This document shows, one piece after another, positions 1-9,197 of a stretch of 64,000 nt of DNA; position 1 is the stretch's first letter, and each line of letters starts with the position of its first letter. The notes beneath the pieces were generated by a model. The model was given only the letters and a program-made list of their open reading frames with translations, searched no databases and was not told the origin of the DNA. Source of the stretch: Verrucomicrobiota bacterium (GTDB taxonomy: Bacteria > Verrucomicrobiota > Verrucomicrobiia > Limisphaerales > UBA11358); the NCBI GenBank assembly GCA_028872915.1, contig JAGWNY010000004.1:13137-77136 (forward strand). Direction: 5' to 3'. The position numbers were made by a program, and so were the translations under genes.

Positions 1-2823
1 GTGGTCGGCGAGGAATGCGCCCCCGAATTCCCAGTTGCCCAGGTGTGGCGTGACCAAAAGAACGCCCTTGCCGCGATCGTGCGCCGCATGAAAGTGCTCC
101 CAGCCTTGCCAACCGGTAAACCACTTTTTTTGCGTCGCTCCGGCCTCAAATCGTAGAAGATCGGCCATTTTGATGGCGAACTGGCTGAACAGCAGCCGGG
201 CGCGGCGGCGGGCGGCGCGATGGTCACCGTCCACGATGGGCAGGAGATTTTGGAGGACTATCTGGCGCCGGCGGCGGGCCAAACGCCAGCTTGCGGCTGC
301 GGCGAACGTGGCGAGCATGCGCGACAAACCAGCCGGAACCATGCTGGCCAACAACAGCGCCAGACGCCAGACCCAGCCGCTGTAAATCCGGGGTGGATTG
401 GGCGGGCCGTTGGGTCGGGGGGACAAATCCCGCCGAGTGGAGCGAGGAGGCGGGTTTGGATTGAACGTTTTCCACCAAAATGGGAGCAGAAGGACGGCGA
501 TGACCATATTCCCGCCAATGCCGACGGCACAAACCCGGCCCAGGCTGGACATGCCCATGTTGGTGGAAAATCCCAGGGACGTAAACCCGGCCATGGCCGT
601 GCCGCCGCACAACAAGAGCGCGCGCCCGACGGAGCGGTAAGCATCGCGCAAATCGCCGCCATGCCGGCGAAGGGCCAGTTGCATGAAGATGCCGTAATCC
701 ACGCCCGTTCCAAGAACCAGTGGCAATGCCATGAGATTGAGCAAATTCCAGCGCCAATCGAAAATGCGCATGACGGCCAGGAGACAAAGGCCGCCCAGGA
801 AAAGAGCGCAAAGGCTTAAGGCAATTTCGGTAAACCGGCGGAAAGCGAACCACAACGAAAGCAACACCAGCACGACCATGGGGACCAGGAGCTTCCAGAG
901 ATTGGATTTTACGGCCTTCAGAACGGTTTGGCCGAGCAACGCCCAACTGGAGAGCCAGACGCCATCGCGCGGCAATTGGGACTTGAGTTGGCGGATGGAT
1001 ACGTCGGTTGCGGACGCGGAAGGGTAAAGGTAGGCCGCCGCAAAAACCTGGTTTGCGCCGCGCGCGGCTACTTTTTGAAAAATCCAGTTGCAGAGGGAAT
1101 TGGACGGGACAAAGACATTGGTCGCGGCGGCGGCGCGTTGCCAGGTATCAAAAACTTTTTCCGTGAGTCCGAGGGAATCCCTTGAAAACCCGTTGGCCAG
1201 AACCGCGGCGGCGATTGCCTTGCGTCGCGCAAGAATTTGGAGGGCGACCCGGCGATTGGTCTGTTCGAAGGATGGGCGCGGCCAGATGGAATCCGGCGAG
1301 TTGAAACCGGCCAGCACGCGGTTGGAAACGGCGGTTTCGAGGACGGGCTGGATGGCATCGAGTTTTCGCGCGACGGCGGCGTCATCCGGACCGGCGATGA
1401 CAAGCTGGAGCGGCTGGGCTGGTTGATTGAGGTTGGTCTGGATGGAGTCGAGGCTTGCGGTGGCCGGGCTATTGCGCAGTTGCAGCGCGTTGGCGGTGGG
1501 ATCAAGTTTCGGCAGGCCGGCGCATAAAATGGCGGCGCAGGAAAAAAGAAGGGCGGCTGTGGCGGCAACGGCAATTTTCCGGCGAGTGCGAAAAGGAGGT
1601 TCGGAAGAAATATCGGCGGGCGCCATTGGCGGCGCATCGGCTGGCCGCGCCATGCGATGGGGAAAAAGCGGGGGCAGATAGGCAAAGATCATGACCAGGG
1701 CGGCGAGGCCCACGCCGACGGCGACCAGCGATCCAAGCTGGCCCAGACCCGGCAGCCCGCCAAAGTTCAGGACCAGAAAGGCGGACATGGTGGTGATGGC
1801 CGCCCAGAAAATGGCCGGGGCGATGTCGCGGCGGATTTCAGGGATGGTCCAATCCGGATGGGCGAGCGCCTCCTGATAATGCACGACGGCGTAATCCACG
1901 GCCAGTCCCAGGAGGATGGCTGCAAAACCCATGCTGATAACGTTCACGGCTCCGAAGAGAAGGCCGCCCAGGGCCAAAGTTGTCGCCAGGATCAATGCGA
2001 GCAACGTCAGGAGCCAGAGCATTGGTTTGACCCGCCGATGGGCCAGCCAGAACAGGACCGCGATGATTCCGGACGTGGCCACGATGGAAAATGTAATGTC
2101 ATGTTTCATGGCGCCGGACATCTCGTCCACAAACGCCGGACGGCCCGTGAAATGAATTTCCGCTCCGCGCGGCGCGGCCGTGGCGGCAATCTTTTCCACG
2201 GCGCGCAGCCAGTCCGTGGCAACGCGATAATTTTCGAGACTGGACCGGGAGCGCACGAACAAAACCCGGAACGTGCCGTTGGACGAGGCAAACAACTCCC
2301 GGTCGCTGGAAAAATCGGGCAGACCCGATTGTCGCGGCAATTGCGTCAAGCCCAGAGGATCGTAGCTCAATCGCGCGATTTGGTTCGGTGAAAGGGAGGT
2401 AGCCAGTTGGTCGCGTGTGCCGGCCAGCAGGTTTGGCAGGTTTGTCTCCGAAAGTTTTTGCGCCAGTTGCGTGAATGTGGAGGGCGGTTGATTGAGCCAG
2501 AGATAGGCGACCAGGGCCGCGGTTTGCCGCGGGTATTCCTCCCAGGGCGGCTGCCAGGTCACGGACGAAACGAGGTTTGTTTGAAGGCGCAATTGGCCGG
2601 CAATCGAGCGCGCCGCATTTTCGGCGGCGGCCGCGTCCGGCGCCTGGACGGTGATGATCAATTCGCGGGCGCTGGAGAAATGGCTTTGGTAAATCTTCAG
2701 TCCTTGAACGGCGCTTACGTCAGCCGGCAGCAAGTCCAGGACTTCGGTGTCAAAATGGAGCCGCAGAAGGCCGGCGGCGACGGGAATGAGGAATAAAAAC
2801 CACCACCAGCGAATCCATTTCAT
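1..2823 (-). CDS. MMPL/RND-superfamily exporter fused in frame to a C-terminal LpxL/HtrB-type (lysophospholipid) acyltransferase domain; 3' end lies beyond the window
   Basis: Absent from the ORF track because no stop lies inside the window. The reverse frame from ATG at 2823 reads MKWIRWWWFLFLIPVAAGLLRLHFDTEVLDLLPAD... I saw no in-frame stop down to nt 1. Two TM-rich blocks alternate with soluble regions, the MMPL layout. The last ~130 codons (nt ~390-1) read ...RRRRQIVLQNLLPIV...GKGVLLVTPHLGNWEFGG, an acyltransferase signature. ATGA overlap with the stop of 2820..3323. Confidence 0.7.
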   Translation of the reverse strand, partial: MKWIRWWWFLFLIPVAAGLLRLHFDTEVLDLLPADVSAVQGLKIYQSHFSSARELIITVQAPDAAAAENAARSIAGQLRLQTNLVSSVTWQPPWEEYPRQTAALVAYLWLNQPPSTFTQLAQKLSETNLPNLLAGTRDQLATSLSPNQIARLSYDPLGLTQLPRQSGLPDFSSDRELFASSNGTFRVLFVRSRSSLENYRVATDWLRAVEKIAATAAPRGAEIHFTGRPAFVDEMSGAMKHDITFSIVATSGIIAVLFWLAHRRVKPMLWLLTLLALILATTLALGGLLFGAVNVISMGFAAILLGLAVDYAVVHYQEALAHPDWTIPEIRRDIAPAIFWAAITTMSAFLVLNFGGLPGLGQLGSLVAVGVGLAALVMIFAYLPPLFPHRMARPADAPPMAPADISSEPPFRTRRKIAVAATAALLFSCAAILCAGLPKLDPTANALQLRNSPATASLDSIQTNLNQPAQPLQLVIAGPDDAAVARKLDAIQPVLETAVSNRVLAGFNSPDSIWPRPSFEQTNRRVALQILARRKAIAAAVLANGFSRDSLGLTEKVFDTWQRAAAATNVFVPSNSLCNWIFQKVAARGANQVFAAAYLYPSASATDVSIRQLKSQLPRDGVWLSSWALLGQTVLKAVKSNLWKLLVPMVVLVLLSLWFAFRRFTEIALSLCALFLGGLCLLAVMRIFDWRWNLLNLMALPLVLGTGVDYGIFMQLALRRHGGDLRDAYRSVGRALLLCGGTAMAGFTSLGFSTNMGMSSLGRVCAVGIGGNMVIAVLLLPFWWKTFNPNPPPRSTRRDLSPRPNGPPNPPRIYSGWVWRLALLLASMVPAGLSRMLATFAAAASWRLARRRRQIVLQNLLPIVDGDHRAARRRARLLFSQFAIKMADLLRFEAGATQKKWFTGWQGWEHFHAAHDRGKGVLLVTPHLGNWEFGGAFLADH

Positions 2824-3323
2824 GGAAAGAACTCGCCCTGCAACGTTTCGCCTGTTCGTGGATTTTTCAAGCGCCACATATTGTCAATGCCGCGCTCAAA
2901 TTGCCAGTCATCAGGCAGTGCCGCTCCGCCCAAGGCCGGGGGCAATTGGAACCAGAGGAACCGGTCTGAAGGCCGGCCGCTGCCGCGCCAGGCGAATTTG
3001 CCCGCGCCGAATTGGATTTCCCACTGTCCGTTCTCCACTTCCGCCGTTGCCAGCACGAAGGGCGTTTTGGAGAACTGGATGAAAAAATTGCCATTGTCAT
3101 TCGTTGCCAGCACAAGGTCTCCGACCAATTCCGGCCGATGATCGGGCGGCGTCCAGACCGCCTGCCCATGCAGGACGCGCCAGCCCGGCGCGGCCAAATC
3201 CGCCGGCGGAAGCGGTTGAACGGTCCGGCAGGAAACGCAAATCATTGCCGACAACGCGGCGAGAGGGAGAACACTGTTCCAAAACGCCGTGTCCCAAATT
3301 TTCAGCCGCCATTTGCCTGCCAT
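2820..3323 (-). CDS. hypothetical exported/membrane-anchored protein, co-transcribed with the MMPL gene
   Basis: 167-aa ORF with an N-terminal hydrophobic segment (VLPLAALSAMICVSC) and ordinary amino-acid composition. Its stop overlaps the downstream ATG (ATGA). No family recognised. Confidence 0.5.
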   Translation of the reverse strand: MAGKWRLKIWDTAFWNSVLPLAALSAMICVSCRTVQPLPPADLAAPGWRVLHGQAVWTPPDHRPELVGDLVLATNDNGNFFIQFSKTPFVLATAEVENGQWEIQFGAGKFAWRGSGRPSDRFLWFQLPPALGGAALPDDWQFERGIDNMWRLKNPRTGETLQGEFFP

Positions 3324-3338
3324 CGGACCCTCGTGAGT

Positions 3339-4682
3339 TTAAGACTTCACCGTTTGAGCCATTGTGTCCTGCCGGGGAAGCTCCGTGTCATTGGCCCGCC
3401 GGCGCGGTTGCGGCGCAAAGGAGATTCGAGGAACGAGCGGCCAGCGTTTTTGCAATTTGACCAACAGCCAGAAATAACGCAGCCGCCAGCGCAATTGCCA
3501 GCCGCCTTCGATTTGCCCGGCGAGCACCGCGTTGACAGCCGAGGGCAGGTCATAATGGTCGCGCGGTTGCAAAAACAGTTCCATGAACGGCGTGGTGTAA
3601 TAATTGTCCACCACCCGCCAGTAAAACAGGAACGCCTTGCGGAGGCGCTTTTCGTATCCGGCGAAGAGCCGCGGCAGCGGGCGCCCGCGCAGGAGCGATT
3701 TTTCGATCACGCCGGCGGCCAGACGGCCGGACCACATGGCCAGATAAACGCCGGACGAAAAAATCGGGTCCAGGAATCCCGCCGCGTCCCCCACGCGCAG
3801 GAGACGTTCACCGATGAACGAGCGGTTGTAGTAACTGAAATCCGTGGTGGTCTGGAGACTCCCGACGAGCCGGGCGCCAGCCATCATTTCCTTCAACCGC
3901 GGACTGGCATCCACCCATTTCTGGAAAATCTCCGCCGGGTCATCCGTGGCGGCCGAAAATTCGGCCTTGTCCATCACCAAACCGGCGCTGGTCTTGTTTT
4001 CTCCAATCGGGATGAGCCAGAACCATTTGTTTTCGAGGCGTACAATGACGGTGTCGGAGCCTGCTTCGCCGGGCGCGCGGGCGACGTTTTCAAAATGGCC
4101 GAAGATGGACATTTTTTTCCATTGCGGATGCATTTCACGCAGGTTCTCCTGGTTGCCCGTCAAGTTGGTTCGGCCGCTGGCGTCAATGAGGTAGGCGCAC
4201 TGGAACGCATGGATTTGTCCGTCCGGCCCGCGCGCTTCCACGGTCACGCCTTCCGGACTGGAAACGGTTTTCATGGCTGTCCAACCTTCGCGGATTTCCG
4301 CGCCACAATCGCGGGCGTGCCGCATGAGCAAATGGTCAAAAGCGGCGCGCTCCACCTGGATGGCTTCCGGCTCGCAATTGAACCGGCCGTGGCGGAAAAC
4401 GAACCGGGTGCGCAGGGAACCGTTGCCCAACTCGAATTGCGCGCCGAATTTCCTGACGAAAGGCCCCTGCTGCAACTTCGGCAGCACTCCCATTTCCCGG
4501 AAAATGGGCGTGTTATACGGCAGCAGCGATTCGCCAATGTGAAAACGGGGAAAAAAGCCTTTTTCCAGCACCAACACCCGTTTGCCGGTCCGCGCCAAAA
4601 AAGTCGCCGCGCTGCTGCCGCCCGGGCCGCAGCCGATCACCACAACGTCATACTCTCCGTTCATGCGAAAGCGTTGAAGCAT
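3339..4682 (-). CDS. FAD-dependent oxidoreductase of the flavin-halogenase / geranylgeranyl-reductase type
   Basis: 447 aa. N-terminal dinucleotide fold DVVVIGCGPGGSSAATFLARTGKRVLVLEK followed by HIGESLLP, which is typical of flavin-dependent halogenase-like enzymes. Alternative start at 4664. Confidence 0.65.
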   Translation of the reverse strand: MLQRFRMNGEYDVVVIGCGPGGSSAATFLARTGKRVLVLEKGFFPRFHIGESLLPYNTPIFREMGVLPKLQQGPFVRKFGAQFELGNGSLRTRFVFRHGRFNCEPEAIQVERAAFDHLLMRHARDCGAEIREGWTAMKTVSSPEGVTVEARGPDGQIHAFQCAYLIDASGRTNLTGNQENLREMHPQWKKMSIFGHFENVARAPGEAGSDTVIVRLENKWFWLIPIGENKTSAGLVMDKAEFSAATDDPAEIFQKWVDASPRLKEMMAGARLVGSLQTTTDFSYYNRSFIGERLLRVGDAAGFLDPIFSSGVYLAMWSGRLAAGVIEKSLLRGRPLPRLFAGYEKRLRKAFLFYWRVVDNYYTTPFMELFLQPRDHYDLPSAVNAVLAGQIEGGWQLRWRLRYFWLLVKLQKRWPLVPRISFAPQPRRRANDTELPRQDTMAQTVKS

Positions 4683-4701
4683 TCCATAAGGCGGGATTTT
4701 G

Positions 4702-5328
4702 TCAATCCGCTCTCAGCGCCAGTTCCACGAAATTGCCGAGGATTTTGAGGCCGACTTCCTGGCTTTTTTCCGGATGAAACTGCGTGGCGAAAACGTTGCG
4801 ATGCCAGATGGAAGAGGCGAAGGGCCGGCCGTATTCCGTGCGCGTGGCCACAATCGAGGCGTCCTGCGGTTCTGGAAAGAAGCTGTGGACGAAGTACACG
4901 TAGCTGCCGCATTTTATTCCGCGATAGAGCGGGCAATTGTTTTGGATGATTTCAATGCTGTTCCAGCCGATTTGCGGAACTTTCAGCCCGGCATGTTCCG
5001 GAAAACGAATGACGCTGCCCTTGAAAACGCCCAGGCCTGCCGCGCATGAATTGAATTCCTCGCTGCGCTCAAACAAAGCCTGATAGCCGACGCAAATCCC
5101 CAAAAATGGCCGCCCGGATGCAATAAAATCCCGCGCCGCTTCCAGCAATTCCTGACGGCGTAGCGCTGCAATGCAATCGTCAAACGCGCCCACGCCGGGC
5201 AAAACCATGGCCCGCGCGCCGCCAATTTCAGCCGGCTTTTGGACAATGCGCGCATCCGCGCCGGTTTTCAGCAGGGCTTTGTAAACGCTCCGTAGATTGC
5301 CGGAGCCATAATCGAGCAGGGCTATCAT
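4702..5328 (-). CDS. hisH: imidazole glycerol-phosphate synthase glutamine amidotransferase subunit
   Basis: 208 aa. MIALLDYGSGNLRSV..., LPGVGAF, GICVGYQALF (catalytic Cys), ...FHPEKS. Classic HisH class-I amidotransferase motifs. Confidence 0.85.
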   Translation of the reverse strand: MIALLDYGSGNLRSVYKALLKTGADARIVQKPAEIGGARAMVLPGVGAFDDCIAALRRQELLEAARDFIASGRPFLGICVGYQALFERSEEFNSCAAGLGVFKGSVIRFPEHAGLKVPQIGWNSIEIIQNNCPLYRGIKCGSYVYFVHSFFPEPQDASIVATRTEYGRPFASSIWHRNVFATQFHPEKSQEVGLKILGNFVELALRAD

Positions 5329-5403
5329 GACAGTTTTCCAGCCGGCGGCGGAAAGTTGAACTTCCGTTTCATCCGCGCAGGATACCAGGCAGCCGGCCCG
5401 TGT

Positions 5404-6537
5404 TCACGCATTGTTTTGCGCCGCCGGCGCGGCGGCCAGGTTGCCCGCCTTTAAACGTAATTGTCCGCAGGCGGCATCAATATCATGGCCTTTTTCACGT
5501 CGCAGCGTGGCCACCACGCCGTGCTTTTCAAGGGCATGAAGAAATGTCTCACAGACGCTTTCCGCCGGTCGTTTCCATCGCAGGCCTTCCACGGTGTTAT
5601 AGGGAATCAAATTGACCTTCGCCCCCAGCCGCCGCGCCAGCGTCGCCAAAGGCCGGACCTGGCTGATGTCGTCATTCACTCCTTCAATCAGAATATATTC
5701 AAATGTAATGCGCCGCCCGCCTTTGTTCCGGTATTCTTCGCAGGCCGCCATCAAATCGCGGAGCGGATATTTGCGATTGACGGGCATCAGCCGGTTGCGG
5801 ACATCATCCGTGGCGCCATGCAACGAGATGGCCAGGCGAAACTGGAGTGGTTCGGCGGCGAGCCGGCGGATTTGCGGGGCCAGGCCGCTGGTGGAGACGG
5901 TGATTTTCCTCGCGCCAATGCCCAGTCCCCAGGGCGCGTTGAGAATTTTAAGGGCCTGCAGCAGACGATCGTAATTCGCAAGCGGCTCGCCCATGCCCAT
6001 GACCACCACGTTATCCACGATGCGCCGGGCCTGGCGTTCGGATGCGCCGCTTTCCCCGTCCGAAATTTCATTCGCCACCACCCGTTCGACGGCAAGGACC
6101 TGGCCGACGATTTCATCCGGTTCGAGATTTCGCTTCCAGCCTTCCAAACCGCTGGCGCAGAAGCGGCAGCCATAGGCGCAGCCAACCTGCGTGGAAATGC
6201 AAAGCGTGTGCCGGTCGCTCGCCTCGCCGTAGAGGGCGCGGTTGGCGGGAATCAAAACGCTTTCAATGAGCGATTGGTCGGCAAGCCGCCACAGAAATTT
6301 TTGCGTGGAATCGCGCGAACCCCGCCGGCGAACCAATTCCGGCGCGTGCAGCGAGAATTGCTCCTGCAACAGCCCGCGCAACGCCCGCGGCAGATTCGTC
6401 ATGGCATCCCACGTCGTGACGCGCCGAACATAGAGCCAGTCGAGGGTCTGGGCGGCCCGATAGGCCGGCTGGCCCAAGGCCGTCAACCGGCCCTCCAGTT
6501 CCCCGCGCGTCAACGATTGAATGTCTTTCACAAACAT
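5404..6537 (-). CDS. rlmN: 23S rRNA/tRNA (adenine-C2)-methyltransferase, radical SAM
   Basis: 377 aa. CISTQVGCAYGCRFCASG (CxxxCxxC radical-SAM cluster), RNL.PDEIVGQV, SLHGATDDVRNRLMPVN. Length and order match RlmN. Confidence 0.85.
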   Translation of the reverse strand: MFVKDIQSLTRGELEGRLTALGQPAYRAAQTLDWLYVRRVTTWDAMTNLPRALRGLLQEQFSLHAPELVRRRGSRDSTQKFLWRLADQSLIESVLIPANRALYGEASDRHTLCISTQVGCAYGCRFCASGLEGWKRNLEPDEIVGQVLAVERVVANEISDGESGASERQARRIVDNVVVMGMGEPLANYDRLLQALKILNAPWGLGIGARKITVSTSGLAPQIRRLAAEPLQFRLAISLHGATDDVRNRLMPVNRKYPLRDLMAACEEYRNKGGRRITFEYILIEGVNDDISQVRPLATLARRLGAKVNLIPYNTVEGLRWKRPAESVCETFLHALEKHGVVATLRREKGHDIDAACGQLRLKAGNLAAAPAAQNNA

Positions 6538-6618
6538 ACCGTATCAGAACCGGTTGCAATTCCAAGCCGGAGCGCTTTGCGGCTCGACATGGGCGGCATT
6601 CCGCCATACTGTTAAGAT

Positions 6619-7635
6619 GTGATTGACCTTGCGGAAATCCGTCCCCGTCACGCCACGCCCCCCTCCGGGTTCGAGGCGTTGGCCGCCGAAATTTTTGCGC
6701 TAAAAAAACAGCTCAATGCGTTGATTTTGGCCCATAATTATCAAGTCCCTGAAATTCAGGACGTGGCTGATTACGTTGGGGATTCACTGGGTCTTTCGCG
6801 GCAGGCGGCCGGGACGAATGCCGACGTCATTGTTTTCTGCGGGGTTCATTTCATGGCCGAAACGGCGAAGATTTTGAATCCGGACAAGATTGTGGTTCTC
6901 CCGGACAAGGATGCCGGCTGTTCGCTCGAAGAAAGTTGTCCCGCCGATTCATTGGCCCGCATGCAGGCCACCAATCCCAATTTCTGGACCGTGGCCTACA
7001 TCAATTGCAGCGCGGCGGTCAAGGCGTTGTCGGATGTCATTTGCACCAGCGGCAACGCGGAACGCATCGTCCGCGCCGCGCCGGCCGGACGGGATTTGCT
7101 GTTCGTGCCGGATGAAAATCTTGGCGAATGGGTGATGGAACAAACCGGGCGGCCCATGACATTGTGGCGGGGAAATTGTTACGCACACGTTGAATTCCGG
7201 CGGGACGCGGTGCTGGAATTGAAACGCCGGTTTCCCGATGCCAAAGTGGTTGTCCATCCCGAAAGCCTGCGCGAAGTTCGTGATCTGGCCGATGCCGTGG
7301 CCTCCACGGAGAAAATGGTCGCCTACTGCAAAAGCAGTCCGGCCCGGCGGTTCATCGTCGTCACCGAATCGGGCATCATTCATCGAATGCAAAAGGAATG
7401 CCTGGACAAGGAATTTCTTTGCGCGCCGGCCTTCGACGTGACGCGGATGCCGGCGGACCATTGCCGGTGCAGTGAATGCCGGTATATGAAGCTCAATACT
7501 CTGGAAAAGGTGCGCGATTGCATGAAGCGCCTGGGGCCGCGCATTGAATTGCCTGACGATGTTTTAAAGCGCGCGCGCCTGCCCATCGAGCGGATGCTTG
7601 AGATTTCAGCGCAACCCGTCGAGAACGCGGAATAG
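6619..7635 (+). CDS. nadA: quinolinate synthase
   Basis: 338 aa, GTG start in the track. ILAHNYQVPEIQDVADYVGDSLGLSRQA, VFCGVHFMAETAKILNP, VVHPE motifs typical of NadA. Confidence 0.85.
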   Translation: MIDLAEIRPRHATPPSGFEALAAEIFALKKQLNALILAHNYQVPEIQDVADYVGDSLGLSRQAAGTNADVIVFCGVHFMAETAKILNPDKIVVLPDKDAGCSLEESCPADSLARMQATNPNFWTVAYINCSAAVKALSDVICTSGNAERIVRAAPAGRDLLFVPDENLGEWVMEQTGRPMTLWRGNCYAHVEFRRDAVLELKRRFPDAKVVVHPESLREVRDLADAVASTEKMVAYCKSSPARRFIVVTESGIIHRMQKECLDKEFLCAPAFDVTRMPADHCRCSECRYMKLNTLEKVRDCMKRLGPRIELPDDVLKRARLPIERMLEISAQPVENAE

Positions 7636-7673
7636 GGCGCTCCGGCCTACAGTGCTTTTGCGGGCAATCGTCT

Positions 7674-8552
7674 TCAAATAGCGGCGACGGCCGTCCAGCC
7701 GTTGGCGCCGAATTGTCCTTTGAACTTTTCCGCCAGCGCCTCCGCCGCCGGGACACTTTTTGCGAGGGCAAACGTAGTCGAGCCGCTGCCGGACATCAGC
7801 GCCGCCTCCGCCCCGTTGGCCAGCAGAAACTGCTGATACAATTGAAGGACTGGAAATTTTTCAAACGCCGGCGATTCCAATGAATTGTAAAATTCCTTCC
7901 TTGCCGCCTTCATTCCGCCGGTCCGCAGCAGGCGCCCCAGCCTTTCCGCGCGCCCGGCCGTTCCACGAAACGCTTTCGGAAACCGTCCAAGATTCTGGTA
8001 AGCCCAGGCCGTGGAAATGCCGAACCCGGGATGAATCAGCAAAAATGCCGCGCCTTTGAGCGCGGCGAAATTTTCCAGCGGGCTTACCTTTTCACCGCGG
8101 CCGGTGGCCAGCGCCGGCGCGTCCTGCAAAAAAAACGGGACGTCCGAGCCTAAAGCCGCCGCGATGTCCGCCAGCCTAGCCGGGGGCAGCGGCCTGCCAA
8201 ACAACTCGTTGAGCGCCAGCAATGTGATCGCTGCATTGCTGCTGCCCCCGCCCAGGCCGGCGGCCAGGGGAATCCGTTTTTCCAGGTGAATTTTTACGCC
8301 ATCCGAAATGGTTGCGGCATCGAGAAATTTTGTCGCGGCGCGAAATACCAGATTGTCCGGCCCGCTGAGTCGCGGTTCATTGCAGGAAAATTGGACGCCA
8401 GGACGGCGCGCGCCGGCTGTCTTTTGAAACGAGAGGTCATCGCAGACGTCCACGGGGTGAAGGAGGGTTTCCAGTTCGTGGAAGCCGTCGTCGCGCCGGC
8501 CGAGAATGTTCAGGAGCAGGTTGACTTTACAGCGCGACTTTTTTTGCAGCAC
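7674..8552 (-). CDS. ispE: 4-diphosphocytidyl-2-C-methyl-D-erythritol kinase
   Basis: 292 aa. KVNLLLNILGRRDDGFHELETL, IPLAAGLGGGSSNAA (GHMP kinase motif), GSGSTTFAL. Confidence 0.8.
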   Translation of the reverse strand: MLQKKSRCKVNLLLNILGRRDDGFHELETLLHPVDVCDDLSFQKTAGARRPGVQFSCNEPRLSGPDNLVFRAATKFLDAATISDGVKIHLEKRIPLAAGLGGGSSNAAITLLALNELFGRPLPPARLADIAAALGSDVPFFLQDAPALATGRGEKVSPLENFAALKGAAFLLIHPGFGISTAWAYQNLGRFPKAFRGTAGRAERLGRLLRTGGMKAARKEFYNSLESPAFEKFPVLQLYQQFLLANGAEAALMSGSGSTTFALAKSVPAAEALAEKFKGQFGANGWTAVAAI

Positions 8553-8675
8553 AACAAAAAGGACCTTTGGCGCGCCCTTGCAGGGCGCGTGTTCTTAACC
8601 GGCTGCGATGGGCCGGGCCTTCGGCCTGAACCGCCTTTGCGGCGCGCCAATCAGACGCAATGGCGCATTTTCAAA

Positions 8676-9116
8676 TTAATTTGAAAAGATGCTGAAGCGG
8701 CAGCCGGGAATAAATGGAGCCACGTCGCCGCCGCTGAATCCCACGTACGTATCGGTATCAAACATGCTGTCGGAAATCCGCTGCGGACGGTAATTGTCAG
8801 GCTCGGATGGTTCGGCGGGAATATACCGCGTTGCCACGGCGTGGTACGGCGGAATGGGAAATGTGACCAACTCATAAACACCCACCCCTGTGCGCAACAG
8901 CGACCGGTTCAGGCCGCGAATGAAGCCGGTCGTATAACCGACGTCCGGCGAGTCGATTACCGTGGTCTGTTCCACGGACCGGCGCATTTCACCCATTCGG
9001 ACCACTTCCCAGGTGTTGCGCATCCCGCGTCCGAATTTTTCCTCGGGACCGGCGCATCCGGATGTGGCAACGGCGGCCAGAACAGTCAAAGCGAGCAGGG
9101 AGATCACGTTTCGCAT
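8676..9116 (-). CDS. small lipoprotein, TIGR04073-like (exosortase-system-associated family)
   Basis: 146 aa. Lipobox ATSGC. The pattern KFGRGMRN...G..RGL.R...RTGVGVYELVTFPIP resembles my recollection of that family. Confidence 0.55.
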   Translation of the reverse strand: MRNVISLLALTVLAAVATSGCAGPEEKFGRGMRNTWEVVRMGEMRRSVEQTTVIDSPDVGYTTGFIRGLNRSLLRTGVGVYELVTFPIPPYHAVATRYIPAEPSEPDNYRPQRISDSMFDTDTYVGFSGGDVAPFIPGCRFSIFSN

Positions 9117-9197
9117 ACGATATTTGGTTTTGGTTCGAGCCTACGCCGAAACCGGGATTTGTAAAGCCAATTCGGCGTGGCAAAGAATGATTCCGGC

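Noticed and set aside
3012-4748. Long ORFs antisense to confident genes. Examples: 3012..4748(+), 5461..6615(+), 12822..13766(-), 15480..16340(-), 16603..18039(-), 18539..19558(-), 21524..23056(-), 23774..25447(-), 32153..33301(-), 50941..52068(-), 56666..57868(+), 62232..63653(-).
   Set aside because: Their composition is Arg/Pro/Gly/His-rich and low-complexity, which is typical of shadow frames in high-GC DNA. Each lies opposite an ORF with clear family motifs, and none shows a recognisable motif.
8556-8589. Hairpin CGCGCCC-TTGCA-GGGCGCG downstream of the TIGR04073-like gene (minus strand), considered as a terminator.
   Set aside because: The T-run on the minus strand is separated from the stem by ~10 nt, so it is not a canonical intrinsic terminator.
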